Shown here: in pieces, positions 60,638-64,000 of the stretch | Layout: every line of letters begins with the position of its first letter | Position numbering within the stretch: position 1 is the first letter of the stretch | Origin: Macrostomum lignano | Taxonomy: Eukaryota | Assembly (NCBI GenBank): GCA_002269645.1 | Contig: NIVC01000087.1 | Span: 682,001 to 746,000 of the forward strand | Reading direction: 5' to 3' | DNA: 64,000 bases | Translations under genes and position numbers: made by a program | Notes under the pieces: model-generated | Databases searched by the model: none | Seen by the model: the letters and a program-made list of their open reading frames with translations, nothing else | Told to the model about the DNA's origin: nothing

Positions 60638-60737
60638 CTGTTGTTGGCGCAGAGGGTGAGATGCAGAATTTAAAAGTTGTTAAACTTGTTGTTTACCGAG
60701 CCTAAGAATTTTGACGTGTACTGGCGCCAAGCAATTG

Positions 60738-61097
60738 AGGATCTGGGAGGCTGGCTGCTCAGCCTGAGGATATGGGAGGCTGGCTGTTCAGCCTGAGGAT
60801 CTGGGAGGCTGGCTGTTCAGCCTGAGGATCTGGGAGGCTGGCTGCTCAGCCTGAGGATCTGGGAGGCTGGCTGTTCAGCCTGAGGATCTGGGAGGCTGGC
60901 TGTTCAGCCTGAGGATCTGGGAGGCTGGCTGTTTAGCCTGAGGATCTGGGAGGCTGGCTGTTCAGCCTGAGGATCTGGGAGGCTGGCTGCTCAGCCTGAG
61001 GATCTGGGAGGCTGGCTGTTCAGCCTGAGGATCTGGGAGGCTGGCTGTTCAGCCTGAGGATCTGGGAGGCTGGCTGTTCAGCCTGGGGATCTGGGAA
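60738..61097. repeat. 29-bp minisatellite (about 12 copies) in CEP128 intron 2
   Basis: GCCTGAGGATCTGGGAGGCTGGCTG(T/C)TCA. Confidence 0.95.
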
Positions 61098-61180
61098 TGC
61101 AAGCGCCAAAATTTCAAACTTAATTTAGAACCAGACAGACTGGCAGTGTAGGGTAATGGATCCCCAAACCCAGCCCTCAC

Positions 61181-62066
61181 CCTGAGCGCGCAGCGCTTTC
61201 TCCTTGGACTCGAACTCCTGGCACAGCTCCTGAATTCGCGTCTCCAAAGCGCGCCGTTCCGACTCGACGCGGCAGAACAGCGCCTTGTACTCCTCCAGCT
61301 CGTTCGACAGACAGTTCCTGGCGCCCTCCGCCTCCCGTACCCGGTTTCGCGCCGTCTCTAGCTCCTCCTCGGCCGACGACTTCGCCGCTTCCAACTCGTC
61401 GACCCTGGAGCGGAATAGGACCTCCTCCGGCGAGAGGCCCGGCGGCGGGGGCGGCGGCATCGGCGGCCCGCCTGGAGTTGTTGGCAGCGGTGGCGGCGTG
61501 GCGGACCCGTGGCGCCGCTGGGTCAGGTCGTGCAGCGCGGCGCGCAGCGACTCCGACAGGCGCAGGCCGGTGCCGCCACCATGGCGGCCGAACGCCGCCG
61601 CGGAGGTTTCTTCACCGCCGCTGCCACCGCCGCCTCCAAGACGATGCCGTTCCTGGCGAAGCTCCTCGCTGGCCTCCGCCAAGCGCTGCTGCACCTCCCG
61701 GGAGGTGGCGCGCGGGCTCGGCGCTCGTTCAGCGGCGCGCACCCGGTCGAGCTCCTCGCGAAGCAGGCGGGCCTCATCTGGCGACGGTTTCAAGCGGAGC
61801 TCCTCGCGCAGTCGGCTCTGCTCGGTGCCGAGGTCGCGCAGCCGCTGGTGCACCTCATGAAGCTCCTCGGTGCTGCCAGCGCCGCCCGCCCCGGCGCCGT
61901 TCAGAAACCGAACAGAGGAGGCGCGGCGCATGTGGCTGCCCGGATCCATGGCAGACGAGGCCGCCGCCGCTGTCGCGACGTTCGGGCTGGACGCGTAGGG
62001 CGTCTGCTGGCCGAGACGACTGGCCAGTCGGACCTCGCTGGTGACTCGGTGCAGGTCCTCCTTGAG
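61181..62066 (-). CDS. CEP128: CEP128-like exon 2
   Basis: LKEDLHRVTSEVR..SSVRFL..ELHEVHQRLRDLGTEQSRL resembles the CEP128 segment I recall (SVRFVD..QLHGFHQSLRDLSSEQIRL). Acceptor tttaaaag, donor G|gtgagg. Confidence 0.88.
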
Positions 62067-62409
62067 CTTTTAAACGAGAAGAAACATGACGGATGGTTAT
62101 CACTTGCTAGGGAATGTGTTGTGCTACAAGCTACAAAGATCACTTATTGCTATGGAGCTATCTAGGTTATTTCTACAACATGAAAATAATAAGCAACGAA
62201 ACATTTTCAAAACACTCTACTCTACTAAAAGTAAAATGTACGATTAGTGAATCGCGGCTACAATGGCGTCTTTAGATTTTCGACTCGGATTTCCATATGT
62301 AGGACAGGATGCTTTGTTTTTTAAAAAAAGTGTAGAAAGCTACTGAGGCAGTCAATTTTTATTACTAAATTTGGTGCTTGATAAGTTAAGAGTATAATGC
62401 TCGCCTCAC

Positions 62410-62610
62410 CCGATTCATATCTGCAGCCTGCCGATCAGTGGTATTTCTGTACAATGCCATGAGTTTATCGATAGACCTCAAATTCCTGTTGGTGTCCACT
62501 AGCGCTGTATTAAGCGTAGACAGCTGCCCGCCAACGGACTGTGGCGGCGGGTAGGAGCTGGGCTCTGAATCGTACTGGTTTGAGTCAGAGTCGGGCGATA
62601 AATCATCCAT
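62410..62610 (-). CDS. CEP128: CEP128-like exon 1 (ATG at 62610)
   Basis: LSTLNTALVDTNRNLRSIDKLMALYRNTTDRQAADMNR resembles the conserved CEP128 N-terminal motif as I recall it (NTITSTLQDTSRNLRQVDQMLGRYREYSNGQAGAIEH). Donor CGG|gtgagg. The seven exons sum to 2928 nt, or 975 aa plus stop. Confidence 0.82.
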
Positions 62611-64000
62611 AGCTTGCACAGTGTGGCCACACTTGGAAAGTTCAGTGAACTAGGCCTAAATCAGCATGGCCGTGAAATGATAGATTTTCTTTGTTTCTCA
62701 TGCATTTCATTAAGACCATTTGACAATTATTTGGATCTTAAATTGTGGAATAAAGATAATAATAATTTCTCTTTTATAGGAAATCCTAAATATTCCTGAT
62801 ACTTCATTAGCAATAAACTTATAAATGTAGAAAAGCTCAGTCACTGTCAGTTTTTGTAAATAAACTATCAATATCTAATATTAAATAAAACAAATTAATA
62901 CATGAAGTGATCTAGACAGAACCAACTTTGTACTGAAATTAAAGAAATTTGTACTAGCAGAGCCTGCATTGGTTAGTTAATTGTTGGGGCTAGATTTTGA
63001 ATTATTAAATTTATAAAAAGTGAGACAACTACAAGATACAACGCGACTGATTTTTTCTGTCTATTTCGGTGTGTTTATATTTTCTGAGGAGAGGCGTACA
63101 ATTAGATGATCATGAAATCTAAAAATTATTAATTAGAATTAGAGTATTTAATTTTAAGGCCATTATCAAAACGCATTAATTTTCGATGAAAAATTCATGC
63201 ACCCCTTAACATAAAGTAATCTGTCAATATTTAACAAAGTACGACTGGTAGTACTAAATGTTAAGTTTACTTACAATCTAAAATGAAGCAGAATTTCATG
63301 TTAAATATTGCCTCTACCGCTATAAAAAGATTAAATATTTCGAAGTTAGATACCAAGCATTGTGTTTTTATAAGTTTTTAAAACATTATTTAAGTACACA
63401 CAAAACATTTTTTAAAAACTATAGCTTTGTACAGCTACTTAGTTATAAATGATGTGTTTTTTAACACCGTTAAATTCTCGTTTTCAAACCGCTTATTAAA
63501 ATACGATGTGAATATTCCTGAATAGTGAATATAAGGACTACTCATTGCTCAAGTAGAACAGTAAACTACCGTTTCTTGGAAAATTTGAGAGGCGGGTTTT
63601 ATCTAAAAGTTACAATAAGGAGATAGATCTTCATTTCATCAGCACAAAAATTGATATTGCTTTTGACAAGAGGCAGACCCAATGTTCAATTTTCGATGTC
63701 TTGCCTTTCTTATAGCTCTATTGATATTTGTGAAGATTTCCAATCGATTATGTACATACATAACATACATTAAAACTTTTCAGGTTTAGAAATAGATTAC
63801 TTTTTTACAGAATATACAATTTTATCCCAGATTTTGAACAATTTTCATTACTCATCTACTGTACAAAAAGTTTTCAGAAGAGATGGCAAAAGTGATAGTG
63901 TCGTATCGCGTGACGATGTTTTATTTTATTTTATCGATTGACTAACAATGCTTCATTGAGCGTGACTAGTGTGTGCGTTCTTTTAAAACCCTTGTGCTTT

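Overview
Eukaryotic (metazoan) genomic DNA. GC-rich exons lie in introns packed with unrelated minisatellites, a style consistent with a flatworm such as Macrostomum (inference, not confirmed). There are three protein-coding genes, all on the minus strand. (1) An MPDZ/PATJ-family multi-PDZ scaffold: I reconstructed 11 phase-compatible exons from 30143 down to 37 (3444 nt, 1148 codons). They correspond to vertebrate MPDZ PDZ2-5 and PDZ7, and the gene continues past the left edge. There are also candidate alternative N-terminal exons at 8830-8941, 38606-39099 and 43657-43778. (2) A solitary intronless H2A.X-type histone with an SQEF C-terminus and a canonical 3' stem-loop. (3) A complete 7-exon CEP128-like coiled-coil gene (975 aa). 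Non-coding DNA holds about 30 tandem arrays, six copies of a tRNA-derived SINE, a second SINE-like family, a deleted mariner with perfect 29-bp TIRs, a hAT MITE, a 29-bp TIR-only element with an 8-bp TSD, and a Helentron/DINE-1-like element. The most striking patterns are two. First, two near-perfect satellites (17-mer and 11-mer) are tandem amplifications of the 5' ends or A-boxes of tRNA-derived SINEs and still abut their SINE bodies. Second, many intronic arrays start just downstream of 5' splice sites, and in some the unit is the intron's own 5' end. All calls were made by eye, with no database searches.
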